Shown here in pieces: positions 1-11,300 of a stretch of DNA of 52,508 nucleotides. Source of the DNA: a virus. Its lineage: Duplodnaviria > Caudoviricetes. Within the stretch, counting starts at the first letter, position 1; each line of letters opens with the position of its first letter. The notes under the pieces were generated by a model. It was given only the letters and a program-made list of their open reading frames with translations, had not been told where the DNA came from and searched no databases. Made by a program: the position numbers and the translations under genes. Location: IMG/VR virus record IMGVR_UViG_3300032342_000012, positions 1 to 52,508 of that record. The stretch is one strand, 5' to 3'.

Positions 1-2
1 AT

Positions 3-674
3 GATGAAGAACTTGATGTTGTTCCTCCAAGCGAACAAAGAGCATCGAGACAAAGAGCAGCATATATTCAGGCATTTGGTCCAAACTTTCAATTCGAACA
101 AATGCCACCACGTGAGCAGATTAGTATAACACCTGAACGTCCAGTCGGAGAAATTCCAACAGACTGTATGGACATATATGCACATGTTGGAATATTTCCC
201 GGAACGTTCCAGATATCACCTCACTTTAAACTTTCCCAGCTAACAACAAACACAGTTGTTAGTAACTATCTATTACAAGCACAAGGTGGATTATCGGAGG
301 CTGATATAGTTTGTAACCTAAGAAAATTATGCACTAACGTTCTTGAGGTTCTTCTCAATCGTTACGGTAATATTCAGATAAATTCTGGTTTTCGTCATGT
401 GGGTAATGGTGCATCAAATAGCCAACACTTCAAAGGACAAGCGGCTGATATTACGTTCACAGATATTACAACAGCAGACCAATTCAACCAACGTGCACAA
501 GAAGTGAAACAAATGGGAATATATGACCAGTTTATTTTTGAACAAAATAGACCAACAAAAGCATCTACATGGTTTCATCTATCTTATACAGAACCCAAAC
601 GTGTTGCCGTTCTAACTAAGAAGGCTTTTTCAAATACATATTTCCCTGGCCTTTATGCCTTAGTATTCTCATGA
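3..674 (+). CDS. Peptidase M15 family (Zn D-Ala-D-Ala/L-Ala-D-Glu peptidase-like) protein, 5'-truncated by the window edge
   Basis: The frame is open from nt 3. M15 motifs: SPHFKLSQL, INSGFR, SQHFKGQAADI, WFHLS. Confidence 0.8.
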   Translation, partial: DEELDVVPPSEQRASRQRAAYIQAFGPNFQFEQMPPREQISITPERPVGEIPTDCMDIYAHVGIFPGTFQISPHFKLSQLTTNTVVSNYLLQAQGGLSEADIVCNLRKLCTNVLEVLLNRYGNIQINSGFRHVGNGASNSQHFKGQAADITFTDITTADQFNQRAQEVKQMGIYDQFIFEQNRPTKASTWFHLSYTEPKRVAVLTKKAFSNTYFPGLYALVFS

Positions 675-1324
675 GCGGTTCACCAAATTACACATATCGT
701 CCTGTATTCACTGCTAGCAACGTCCCCTGTGCGTTGTTAGTTGTGAATGAGACAAAATCGAGGCTAATTGCTGGTGGGATGTTTTTTAGAAGTCGTGAGA
801 CTGGTGAAATAACAAACCACATCTATCTAACAGGACGTATTGAACTCGTTGGGGCACAATCACTGTATGTTCTCTCAATAGTCAAACGTAATCCAACAAA
901 TAACGATGTTCTTGCACGAGAAACCTTCACTGAGAGGTACATAGCTGGAACTCCACCAACACCGAATCCAATGCCACCTCCAGCAACCCTTCCTGGAATC
1001 CCATCACCAACGATTGATTTGTTGCGAAATAAGGTCAATGCATCAAGTCAACTTATAGAAATTCCAAAACCGAACAACGATATTATCTTTCAAGGACAAG
1101 AAGAGGGAATTACATTAGACCCATTTGGTCCAAATATACGTATGCGTGGAGCTACTGGTGCTCCAGTACCCCCAAGTTCAACGTTCATAGGTATTCGAAC
1201 GGGACCTGAGCGAACATTATCATTCATTAGCCTACGAGATATTGGTCACGCGTTCGTAGAGGTTAATCAGACAATTGAATGGAATGGAACGTTTTGGCAA
1301 AATTATCAAAGGTACAGTAATTGA
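671..1324 (+). CDS. Hypothetical protein (possibly virion-associated) with a proline-rich insert
   Basis: 217-aa ORF with ATGA overlap to the previous gene; contains PPTPNPMPPPATLPGIPSP. Confidence 0.6.
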   Translation: MSGSPNYTYRPVFTASNVPCALLVVNETKSRLIAGGMFFRSRETGEITNHIYLTGRIELVGAQSLYVLSIVKRNPTNNDVLARETFTERYIAGTPPTPNPMPPPATLPGIPSPTIDLLRNKVNASSQLIEIPKPNNDIIFQGQEEGITLDPFGPNIRMRGATGAPVPPSSTFIGIRTGPERTLSFISLRDIGHAFVEVNQTIEWNGTFWQNYQRYSN

Positions 1325-1379
1325 AAGGTATCTCGTTTTTTTAACCTAGTAAATAATCTCATGTTTAAGGAGATCTAAC

Positions 1380-1760
1380 ATGGCTGAACAAACAACTTCT
1401 GCTGAAGCAAAACAGCAAAAACTAGCGGCACGTAAACCACTTCAGGTCCGTCCAGGTAGCTTCCCACATATCTATTGGGTTGAATTTAGTGGAACACTTG
1501 TCGAATGTGCTATAATGAAGCGTTTCGATAATGGTGACTTACTGTACTTCCCAGTAACAGCACTTGATAATATCGATAAACAACGTCTTCTCAAAATTGT
1601 TGGTAACAGGAACGCACAACTTTATGAGTTGTGGGATCTTATGAGCCAAACAACTCTTGGAAATGGCATGAATGCTCTTTCTTACTTCCAACAGTTGACG
1701 AAAAGAATTAGTGCATTTGGTAGTGATATGCCAGTTTCCCAAGGACGTATGGGTCTTTAG
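1380..1760 (+). CDS. Hypothetical phage protein
   Basis: 126-aa ORF with AAGGAG RBS and an upstream TAAATA (1350-1355). Confidence 0.75.
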   Translation: MAEQTTSAEAKQQKLAARKPLQVRPGSFPHIYWVEFSGTLVECAIMKRFDNGDLLYFPVTALDNIDKQRLLKIVGNRNAQLYELWDLMSQTTLGNGMNALSYFQQLTKRISAFGSDMPVSQGRMGL

Positions 1761-1778
1761 TCGTAGAATTTTCCCAGA

Positions 1779-1823
1779 TAACACAACTATCATACAATAA
1801 AACTTTGCTTGATAGTTGTGTTA
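1779..1823. terminator. 14-bp perfect inverted repeat between convergent genes (probable bidirectional terminator or RNA hairpin)
   Basis: TAACACAACTATCA (1779-1792) pairs with TGATAGTTGTGTTA (1810-1823); 17-nt loop. Confidence 0.55.
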
Positions 1824-1850
1824 GCAAACTATTGTGAGATCTACTTCGTC

Positions 1851-2093
1851 TTAACTGGCTGAAGAGTTGACCCTTGCATCGTTGTAGAACTTGAAGATAA
1901 TTCCTGTTACAGCACCTTGAAACAACATCAGAGAACCATTAACAGCACCAACAATTAGTGCAATATCTGTACCTGTTCGTTGAGAAGATAAAGCCCACAT
2001 CAGTGTTTCGATGACAGCCCATGTCATTAGACCAAGCATCCATACTACTGCAAGCCTACGAAATAGGAAGTGTTTTTCAAATAAATTAAGCAT
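1851..2093 (-). CDS. Small two-TM membrane protein, holin-like
   Basis: 80 aa with two hydrophobic helices (LAVVWMLGLMTWAVIETLMWAL; IALIVGAVNGSLMLFQGAVTGIIF); TAATG overlap with the upstream gene. Confidence 0.45.
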   Translation of the reverse strand: MLNLFEKHFLFRRLAVVWMLGLMTWAVIETLMWALSSQRTGTDIALIVGAVNGSLMLFQGAVTGIIFKFYNDARVNSSAS

Positions 2094-3193
2094 TACGTGC
2101 TCCGTGCTACCGAAATTGTCAAAGTGTAAACAATTGTTAGTGTTCTATTTGCTGATTTAAGAACAGGAGAGAAGATTAGGTGTGTTAATAGTCTCTCTGC
2201 TTCAAGTGTAGGAGTTGTTGGAGAGTTTTGTACTCCAGCATCTTCACCTGGTATAGCAGACTGGATTCCACCAAACGCATTTAGAGCAACGAAAAGGTCG
2301 AATGTAAGACCTGATGAGAGAGCAATAGAACTCGTTGCACCTGTTGTGTTGCTTGTAAATCTTAAGAAACCGAATGTGTTGATTGTACTAACAGGTGCAC
2401 CATTAATACTTGCGCCGGCACCGACAAGTGTCGACCCAGCAATAAGAGTAATCACATCGCCGTATGTAATTGCACCAAGTGGACCAGTACCAGCTGCTGG
2501 TGTTGTAATAGAAACCGACTGTGGAGCACCACCATCAACAACAATATTAAAATCATATAATGTTGAAGGTAGAAGACCGCTATCATCCTGGGCATCACGA
2601 ACGCCGACGTTGACGTCTTGATACCCTGATTTTGCAGTTTGGGAAGCCCCAGCTGTCCATAGCGCAATTTCATCGAATGTGAATGTTGATTCTGTGTTCT
2701 CTGTTGGAGGATTCTGGTCGCTAATGAACTCGCTAAGTGGTTCATTTGGATTGAGAACACACTCAATGCGAACTTGTGATGTCAATCCAAGTTCGGTACT
2801 TCTAACACCAGGTCCTGAAACGTGTGGGACGGATGGTGGATCATCATCAGGAACAGCTCCTGGACCTTCTCCAATATTAACGTCCTGATCGTCAACGATT
2901 TCCCAGTATGTCATATTGTATAGTTGGGATTTCCAAGTTTCTGGATCAGGAGTAATACCATCGTGTGGTGGATTGTATGTAATCTGGAATGCTGCATCAA
3001 CAACGGTTCCACCATTACCAAATGCGATTTTGTAGATGTAGAAGTTACTCTCATGTGCTAGTGCACGAGCAATAACTCGGGCCATGTTCTGCGGGTGCAC
3101 CGCATTGTGTTTATCGACAAGGACGTTATTGAGGTCGTCTTTAATAAGAACGTGTCCGTCAACGTACAGTGGTAATAATTGTTTAAATGCCAT
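2093..3193 (-). CDS. Virion structural protein (tail/baseplate-associated) carrying one inserted GYQ...PGxD module
   Basis: Phage structural core (IAFGNGG, FDEIALW, THLIFSPVLKSANR) interrupted at ~2240-2635 by a module also present in the 2005-aa protein. Confidence 0.65.
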   Translation of the reverse strand: MAFKQLLPLYVDGHVLIKDDLNNVLVDKHNAVHPQNMARVIARALAHESNFYIYKIAFGNGGTVVDAAFQITYNPPHDGITPDPETWKSQLYNMTYWEIVDDQDVNIGEGPGAVPDDDPPSVPHVSGPGVRSTELGLTSQVRIECVLNPNEPLSEFISDQNPPTENTESTFTFDEIALWTAGASQTAKSGYQDVNVGVRDAQDDSGLLPSTLYDFNIVVDGGAPQSVSITTPAAGTGPLGAITYGDVITLIAGSTLVGAGASINGAPVSTINTFGFLRFTSNTTGATSSIALSSGLTFDLFVALNAFGGIQSAIPGEDAGVQNSPTTPTLEAERLLTHLIFSPVLKSANRTLTIVYTLTISVARST

Positions 3194-3228
3194 AGGTTTC
3201 TCCAGTTGCTTGATTTATATATGATCGA

Positions 3229-3480
3229 TTATCGTTGAAACATTCTGCGAACACTTGTCGTCAGTTGTTTAATTGTGTTGTTAAATGCAACAGGCTCAAC
3301 GAGGAGTTTTCCTAGGTCAAACCTATCAATAAATGATTGGTCAACATCATTGAAAACAAATATACCTTTGTTGTCATCACCCTTCTTAATTGTTTCTAGG
3401 TCATACCCTTCAAGTTTTAGACATGATGCTAGATTGATGTCTGACGTTTCGTATGTTACTAGGTTGTCGTCTTGTTTCAT
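3229..3480 (-). CDS. DUF5659-like small protein
   Basis: YETSDINLASCLKLEGY...KGIFVF pattern; AGGA RBS. Confidence 0.55.
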   Translation of the reverse strand: MKQDDNLVTYETSDINLASCLKLEGYDLETIKKGDDNKGIFVFNDVDQSFIDRFDLGKLLVEPVAFNNTIKQLTTSVRRMFQR

Positions 3481-3498
3481 TTGAGTATCCTTTTGTTA

Positions 3499-3506
3499 TA
3501 TTTATA
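3499..3506 (-). promoter_or_regulatory. T4-type late promoter TATAAATA
   Basis: Exact TATAAATA on the - strand, 18 nt upstream of the 3480 start. Confidence 0.6.
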
Positions 3507-3508
3507 GT

Positions 3509-5353
3509 TTATGCAGGGGGCCCGTGTCTAAATACTATTTGTGGTAACGTCTCATCCCACCCACCAACATCCCAGAAATTATAGTCCCAAGAGTCAATAA
3601 AACCGCCAGCATCAAGATTGTGTGATGGTACAATTGTTACTGTCTCTGTTAATGTTGTTAATGTGTCATACCCATATACATCCCATGGTGCAACTGCACT
3701 AAATGAGTACTCAAGAGAACCATCAAACACAGCACTTGGAATTGCTTCAATAACTGTTATCTCAGTCTCAAGAGTCATGCCGTTATAGACAATAGCAGAA
3801 ATATGATAGACACCATCGTTACCAGTTGACTCGGAAACAACTATAACGTTTCCAAGAGTTAGGTCTCCTGATATGTCCCCATTAACAAAGAATCGTTGTG
3901 TTCCTTGATTGCCGCCAATAATCGGAACTACGTCGTCACCACCCCACGGAACATCAATAGTTGCATATGGGTTTGGTACATGGATGAAATCAAAGAATGA
4001 AATTTCCGTACCAAGTTCAAATACTAGGTACTCTCCGATAAAAGCTTGTGTCGTTGTGGATGATGCTGTCTTGCATAGTTGTGGAAGATCCCAGTTTGAA
4101 AATTCTGTTACTTCAACACCACCATCAACGGGATCTGTAAGTGGTGTCATTTCATCAAACGTACCAAATACTCTTGTTACGTTGTTGATTCCATCAAATG
4201 TAACAGATGTAATTGTCCACCTACCGTCATTACCAGTTGACCCTTGAACATCGAAGAATGTCGATGCACCAAATATTACAGTCTCGTTCCCTGTGACAGT
4301 AAATCTATCTGTTACTACGGTGAGTGCAACAATTGGAAACTGAAGGAATGGATTAAATGATGGGATCATTACACCATCGGGTGTTGGATCTGTTACATGT
4401 TCTACCTGTACAATAAAGTAATTCGTTCGTAGCGTTCCATTGTTGGGATCAAGATTGGGATCGACAAGAATGTTCGTTGGATCACTAACTGTAATTACTG
4501 TATCGGGACCAGAGAGTGCAACCGTTATGACAACCCATGATAGAGATGCTTGTCCTGTTAGTAGTGTGTAGATAAAGTCACTACCTATATTAAAGTATGG
4601 TGAGTTAAAGTACGCTGTTTGATTGCCAGCGATAGTCAGTTCCTTTGTTACTGTATTAACGGCTGTAACAGTAAATGTTGGATTTGTCGATGTGAGAATT
4701 TGCCACGTTTGTCCATTGTATGGATTGACAGAATCTGTTACCGTAAAACTATTGCCTACACCATAATGAGCTTCAAGGTCACCAGCAATTGTAAATTCCA
4801 ATGTGATTGGATCGACATAGATAATCGGTAGTGTTTCGTGTAGTGGACTATCAAATGTTGCATGTATTTCTGTAATATCGATAATATCGACTGGTGGTGT
4901 AGGTTCGCCAGTGATATGTTGTGCTGAAACAACTTTCCAGTTTCCATTATTTTTTGGTGCTCCATGTATTGACATTATTGAGTCTACAGGAAACTCAGCC
5001 ACATGGTTACCGATAATGTAAAACCGATCAAAGAATGGGTTAATGTATACTATTGGATACGCTTGAGAGAATCCATCACCTGTTATGTAACCCGTTATTG
5101 TTGTATCATTAATTAATGATGGAACGGGACTTCCTTCACCCCAAGGAAGTGTACCATATCCTATATTACATGAAAACTGATCATGAGCATCATATACAAA
5201 CGTGCCAGCAATTTCGAAACTCTCTGCAATTGTGACGTCAACGAGATCGTTACCAAGAAAGTCAATCAGAATTTCGGCAATCTTTGAATGATATGGCTTA
5301 ATATCGAGGATGTAGTTTATTAGCCCAAGAATTGGGTCTTTAGATGTTGCCAT
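3509..5353 (-). CDS. Virion structural (baseplate-associated) protein with repeated GSxGNDG beta-domains
   Basis: 614 aa; N-terminal KPYHSKI; about five copies of a ~75-aa beta module; C-terminal W/F-D repeats. Confidence 0.65.
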   Translation of the reverse strand: MATSKDPILGLINYILDIKPYHSKIAEILIDFLGNDLVDVTIAESFEIAGTFVYDAHDQFSCNIGYGTLPWGEGSPVPSLINDTTITGYITGDGFSQAYPIVYINPFFDRFYIIGNHVAEFPVDSIMSIHGAPKNNGNWKVVSAQHITGEPTPPVDIIDITEIHATFDSPLHETLPIIYVDPITLEFTIAGDLEAHYGVGNSFTVTDSVNPYNGQTWQILTSTNPTFTVTAVNTVTKELTIAGNQTAYFNSPYFNIGSDFIYTLLTGQASLSWVVITVALSGPDTVITVSDPTNILVDPNLDPNNGTLRTNYFIVQVEHVTDPTPDGVMIPSFNPFLQFPIVALTVVTDRFTVTGNETVIFGASTFFDVQGSTGNDGRWTITSVTFDGINNVTRVFGTFDEMTPLTDPVDGGVEVTEFSNWDLPQLCKTASSTTTQAFIGEYLVFELGTEISFFDFIHVPNPYATIDVPWGGDDVVPIIGGNQGTQRFFVNGDISGDLTLGNVIVVSESTGNDGVYHISAIVYNGMTLETEITVIEAIPSAVFDGSLEYSFSAVAPWDVYGYDTLTTLTETVTIVPSHNLDAGGFIDSWDYNFWDVGGWDETLPQIVFRHGPPA

Positions 5354-5355
5354 GT

Positions 5356-8300
5356 TTAATCGTCCAAAGCGTTCTGTGGTGTTTCAAACAATCTAATTCC
5401 GTAAAGTGATAGATATGAAGTTTTGAAGATTCCACTATAGTCTGTTCTCAGTGTCATTGCATCCATAAGGACCGAGAAGAAAATGCGATTCGTTGTATCA
5501 GTTGGGAATGTTGTGTACACAGCATTCATTGCCTCGATAATATTCTCAGGTGTATCAAATGAGTATGTTCCAAAAAACACCTCCCTATCAACAGGGAACA
5601 CATTATACTTTTCATCCTCAATCTCTTTTATGACCGTATTTACAGCAAGATTAGGATCTACAAAAGCTTGCTCATCTCCTAGACCCCAACGTGTTCGAGT
5701 ATTGTATGTTTCATCGTACAATTGACGTTCAATTGATGGAACAGGAACGAGTGGATCGTTGAGCTTGTATCCGATAAGAGATTCTGTAATTTTGTCCCAC
5801 AAATCACGTCCGATTAGGAATGGTTGTTTTGCTCTAATCATTTGCCATTCTTCGTGCTTGTTTTTCTTACTGATTGAGTTCTCAAGCGTTTGACGCAACG
5901 AAAGGTCTTTTGTAAACTGAATTTTATAACGATCGTCTTCGTTAATCATTCCAGCAACACCGTTAATGATTACCTGTGAGTAGTAACCAGGAAGCGTATC
6001 AAGATAACTATCAGTGTAGTTTAGAGTGTTTGAAAATGGTGGAACACCAGTGTTGTAAATAAAGTTCTGTTGGAACATATATGGCTGTGGTGGTGTTTTC
6101 AGCTGTATAGCAACTTGATTAATTGGTATTGTGTTACCTTCTGGAAGGGTTGTCTTGTTGCGAACCCAGAAGAAATACGTTACAGAGGTAGTATTTCCTT
6201 GATTGTCGACTGTTGTGACGGTACTGTAAGGATAGTCCTTTGTATACTGCACAGAAGTAGATGTATTTAGTTCCTGTTCACCAAGTTGTGCATCTGTAAA
6301 TTCAGGTAGTGGATTAATAATACGAACAATATCGTTTCCATCAAGTGGTGTTGTGATGTTAACCACCTTTGTTATATCATCTGGCAATGGCGTAAGATTA
6401 ATCACTGCTTCAACTGTTGCTTGTTCAACAAAGAATCCATTAACGTAAACGTCAACAACATTGCCATCAACAACATCAAGGTCCGTAATTGTTAGTGTTT
6501 GTGTAACACCATAAAGTTCCATAACATATTCTTGGTATGGAGCACTATCAAGCTGTACCCATGGTCCCCACACGTTTGTTTCTTGATTCAAATAACGAAC
6601 GTACAAACGTGAGAATGCTTCACCAGTACGTTTTTCTTCTGATAATAATGTTGTATCGTTTTCATCACCACTAACAGCACTTGCCCATTGTGTTGGAGGA
6701 ACGTTCGACTGTGTCCATTCATAAAGGTCAATCGTACTCCAATCAGCAAGTCTGCCCCAATGGAATGATCTTTCGTTCAAGGTGAAGATGTTGTGATCCC
6801 AATATGGTACATAATCAAGATTTGATGTATCCCACCAAGTTGTACCAACTTGTAGACTATTCCACAGATAAGGTGGATTGTATGTAGGATGTTGCTGGTC
6901 GAGATTGTTTGTATACAATGCTGGATTTGTATCACTTGAAAGATCGACATTGACATAAGCATTTGCATAATGGTATCCGCGACCTGGATCCCAGACAGAA
7001 ATTTTCGCCAGTGTTGTTTGGGATTTGTAGTCAATCAATTTTATTGGATTGATTGCATTCTTGTACACATTGATTAGATAGATTGTGTAGTTTGTTAGTC
7101 CATTCCATTGTAGATTAGTTAAAAGAACCTTAATAAGTTTTGAGTTCCTCATTTCATAGTGGATGTCTTCGACAAGAATACCAGTCCTCTTTTGTACAGA
7201 GAATACCCCAACTAATGGTACAAGTAATTGAATTGTGTTTGGGCTTAGTTCGAGATAATCAATACCAGTCTTTAGTAACGTGTTGTCATTTCGTACTTCA
7301 ATATTGTTAGCACCTGGAATGTATGTAAATGGGATTGTCCAAATTGCTGATGGTGCTGTTTCTTCGTAGTAATCAGTACCATTGGTAAATGTAAACCTAA
7401 TTCCATCAGCGGGATTATCAAGCTGGATATATCTGAAGCTATTTGCCATAATAGGAAGTGGACGGACAATTCTTTCTGTCACCTTTGCGTCAAAGTATAG
7501 ATTACCATTGACACTAGTTTCGAGAATTGCCTTCCTTTGTTCTGGTTGTTTATACCATCTGTCTTTATCTGTTAGTTTAACATCTATGAATGACGCTTCA
7601 ACGGGATCGGCAGTGCTTGTGAAATGAAGTCTCATTTCATTTTTACGAACGTCGCCTGTGAATACTTTCAGTTCTGGATAGATCTTCTCTCTCGAGTCGC
7701 CATATTCTGCGATCTTATAAGCCCAAAATTCATCAACAAAAGCATCAACGAAAAGTCTAGAGTTAACGAAAGCCTTAACCGCTGTTACGGTTCCTTTATT
7801 TTGAATTAGTCCCTTCCAGAATAAGAACTTTGACTTCTCGGTTACAGATGATAGTTCGTCCAGATAATCAGGATCTTCATAACCAACTGTGTCGCGGGCG
7901 AACCCAACAAAGTTTGCTGTTTCATTAACAACATATGTATCATAGTACTTTTGCATATTATCGACACCAACTTCAATGTTCTCTATGAATTGGTTATCAA
8001 GTAGGAAGTATCCACCAATATTTGGTCGACGTGTATCACCTGGCGATCGGTAGAATGTTAATGTGAACTTCGCTGTATTTAGACCCAAGAATGGATCATA
8101 GATGAGATTTTCTTCTGTTGTGTAATCATTAAACAGAATAATGTGTTCGTATGTGTCAATGAATAATCTTGCACCACCCATGTAGTCAGCAGATCCTACT
8201 GCAACTCCAACACGCTCGTCCCTTGTCAGTACAGCATCTTCTCCATCTCTTCCTTCATAATTGCTACCAACAGGTTGTGGTGAATAAATGTGTGTTAGTT

Positions 8301-11300
8301 TATCTTCTCTAAGTGCAAATATTGAAGTTGGTGCAATAGGATTACTAATCTGGGTATAAACAGATGGAGTTGTTCTTATGTCACTGAATGGTCCACTAAT
8401 AATATTAGATACAATGCCATATGGAGGACGGAACCACAAATTGTTTTTGAATGGGTTAACGTCATATGAAGGTGTTGTTGGAGCTCCGAACGCTTGATCC
8501 AGGATTGCAACGGTTGCCTCTCCTAGACCTGTATAGATTGCATTTAACAATCCTTCTATTTGTACCTGCCAACTTTGTGGACGGTTGCTTGAAATATCAA
8601 CTTCAGTAATTGATGAATCACTGAACACAAATCCAAGATCCTGTTCAAAGGCAATATACCCATAAATGATATCAAGTAGGGTTTGTATTCCTGTGACGAG
8701 AAATGGTGGAATTACGTGTATTATAGTTCTCGTATCGACGTGATATTCTTTCCATACCTGTGTTGTGAATCCACCGACTGCGACAAATGATTTCTTTATA
8801 TCCGAAACGAAAATTGTACCAGAACCGACTGTTGTAATGTCAATGTATATTCCGAGGTTTGCATTAACCTGTGATGTTGCAAGTTTAAATGAACTATCTG
8901 TTACTTTGATCAGATAGTACGGCGTTGTTGATAAAATCGGAGCGGGGAAAGATTCTGTTGATTCTATGAATATCGCCTTTCCTGTAAACCATGTTAGATT
9001 TTTATCAGTTAGGTCAATATCAGACCATGGTAGTATACCAACATGCGTGAACGTATCGGTTGTTTGATCGACAGATACAGAGTACTTTTTAACACCGTAA
9101 TAGTCTATCGATCTGTTTAGTGGTGACGGTGTTGTTACACGGAATGTCCAGTCAGTACCATCAAGACGTGGAATCCTTGAATTGTGTCTAATGTTGTACG
9201 TTGTGAAACTATCTGTTGTAACTTGAAAACTTTCAACATTAAAGTTTTCGACACCTGGCGACTTTTTCAAAATGATCTGGTAGTCGTTTTTCGTAATATC
9301 AAAGAACTTGTTTGTTATGTCTAGAGACTTAACATCAACCATTGCATCGGTTAGGTATGTCAATTGTGGATGCCATTGTGTCCATAGTGGTTTAAAATCG
9401 GACGTATTAACATCATAGTTGCCATAACGAATGAAGTTAATATACCATTGGTTAATACCATCTGAAAAATATGTTGTATTATCAGGTAATAGGTCTCCAT
9501 GAAATATTGTATCGAGATGTGAGAATACCTTTGATGTACGCATATCAATCTGAAGTCCTGCAACAATCGTAAAGTCTGTTCCCCATGTATAGTGGAGAAA
9601 TCGTACTGGCTGCATTCTGTATGCTGTTCCTAACAAATCAGCATAAAATTGTGTCGAGTCTTGCCACTGTTGTTCTGTTGGTCCAACATCACCAAATTCG
9701 TATATGTCGTCTATCTCGTTAATATTGAGATAGGTGATGCTTCGCACCAACGCTTGTTGGGTTAATGTTGGGTCATTACTGTAGAACGGTGGAATCAGAT
9801 CATCAGGTGCATATCCATCAATTGTTGTAGCATAGATATTGACACTAAAGTGTGTGTACATTTCCACTTCACCAATACCACCAGTACTAACGGTTACTCC
9901 ATCAGGTAATAGTTCACCAACAGGAATGATTCCAAGGTTAAGATTTGACCACATTAATGGGTTCCATCGACGAGTGTTTGTAATGTCTTTGTACAACAAA
10001 TCCCACCATGTTGGTTTACCAGTATATCTTTGAATCTTCCATGGTTCAAGATGTGGATATGGTGTTCCAAATAGTGTTAGATTAATTTGTTCCCATCTTG
10101 CTCCCCAAGGCTTGTCGAGATTTGTCTGTGCAGTTGGATAGACGACAAACAATGTGTTTGCAGCTCTGTAGTTCCACGTAAATGCATCACTATTGTTAAA
10201 GTCTGTTGCAAATGGATCAAGTGCGTTTAGACGAACATATACATAGTATGCTTCTTTCATGTACTGTTGGAATGTTGTCTGATCAGCAAGATCAGTAAAC
10301 ATTTGTGTCTGAAAGTCAAACTTTAAAGTTGTTGTATCTGGTGCAATTTGATACAAACGTCTTTCGGCCTCAAGGATGATATTATTAAGAATGTCCTCAA
10401 GGTTTATCACACGCCAGGCTGCATCAACATCTCCAACAGTGCCTGTTACAGGTGACCATCCAAGAATGATGTTTAGAGGATCTCTAAACATCAACAAATT
10501 CGTTGCAGTATTAAACCAATATGTTCCTTCAGGATATGACAATGCAGGAACGCCTATACCAACAGAAACAGCAATGAATCTGTATAATACCTTTGTTACT
10601 GAATTTTGCCAATATAAACCAGGTGAAACAGCTGTGTATGGTGGAATCGTTGGTGTTGATGTACCACCAGTTATGTTGAGGATATTGACAATCAGTTGAC
10701 GTTCGACAAAATCATCAATTGTGTAAGTATCATAGTGACCATCGTGATGTAGGATCTTATTTAGACCGATCTCTGGATCAACAAGCCATGCTGGTTCTGT
10801 TTTAAACGTAAGATTAAGAATTGGAGATGTTGCTATCCATCCCTTAATTCCTTCGTTTGTTGTTGCATTGTATGCTGTTGTATCGCCAAATACGATGTCG
10901 TTTTGTTTGTTCTGTTCAAATGTGTCGATAGTAGCATTGGATACTTGTGTCTCAAGATCAATAAGAAACTCATCTTGGGTTGTTGTCAGATACGATGTGA
11001 GATTCTGTAGATAGATTTCACTGAGTGTTGTTAGATTGTTATCATATTGTGTTGCAGCAAACGTGAATATGCCTTGAGGCGTAGTTGTTGTACTATACGC
11101 AGAAGACAGAAATGTGTCGTAACTATCATTATATTCGCGTATCGTTCCACCAACACCGTAGTTATATGTCGAAAGTAGTCGCTGTGGAGCTTCAACAGGG
11201 AAATTAAACGGATCGGGAGCAACTTGTAAGTCCATAATCGACTTAAAGTGTGTAAACAGTTGTGTAAACCTAATCTGCTGTCTATTTTCGTGGTCGGCAT

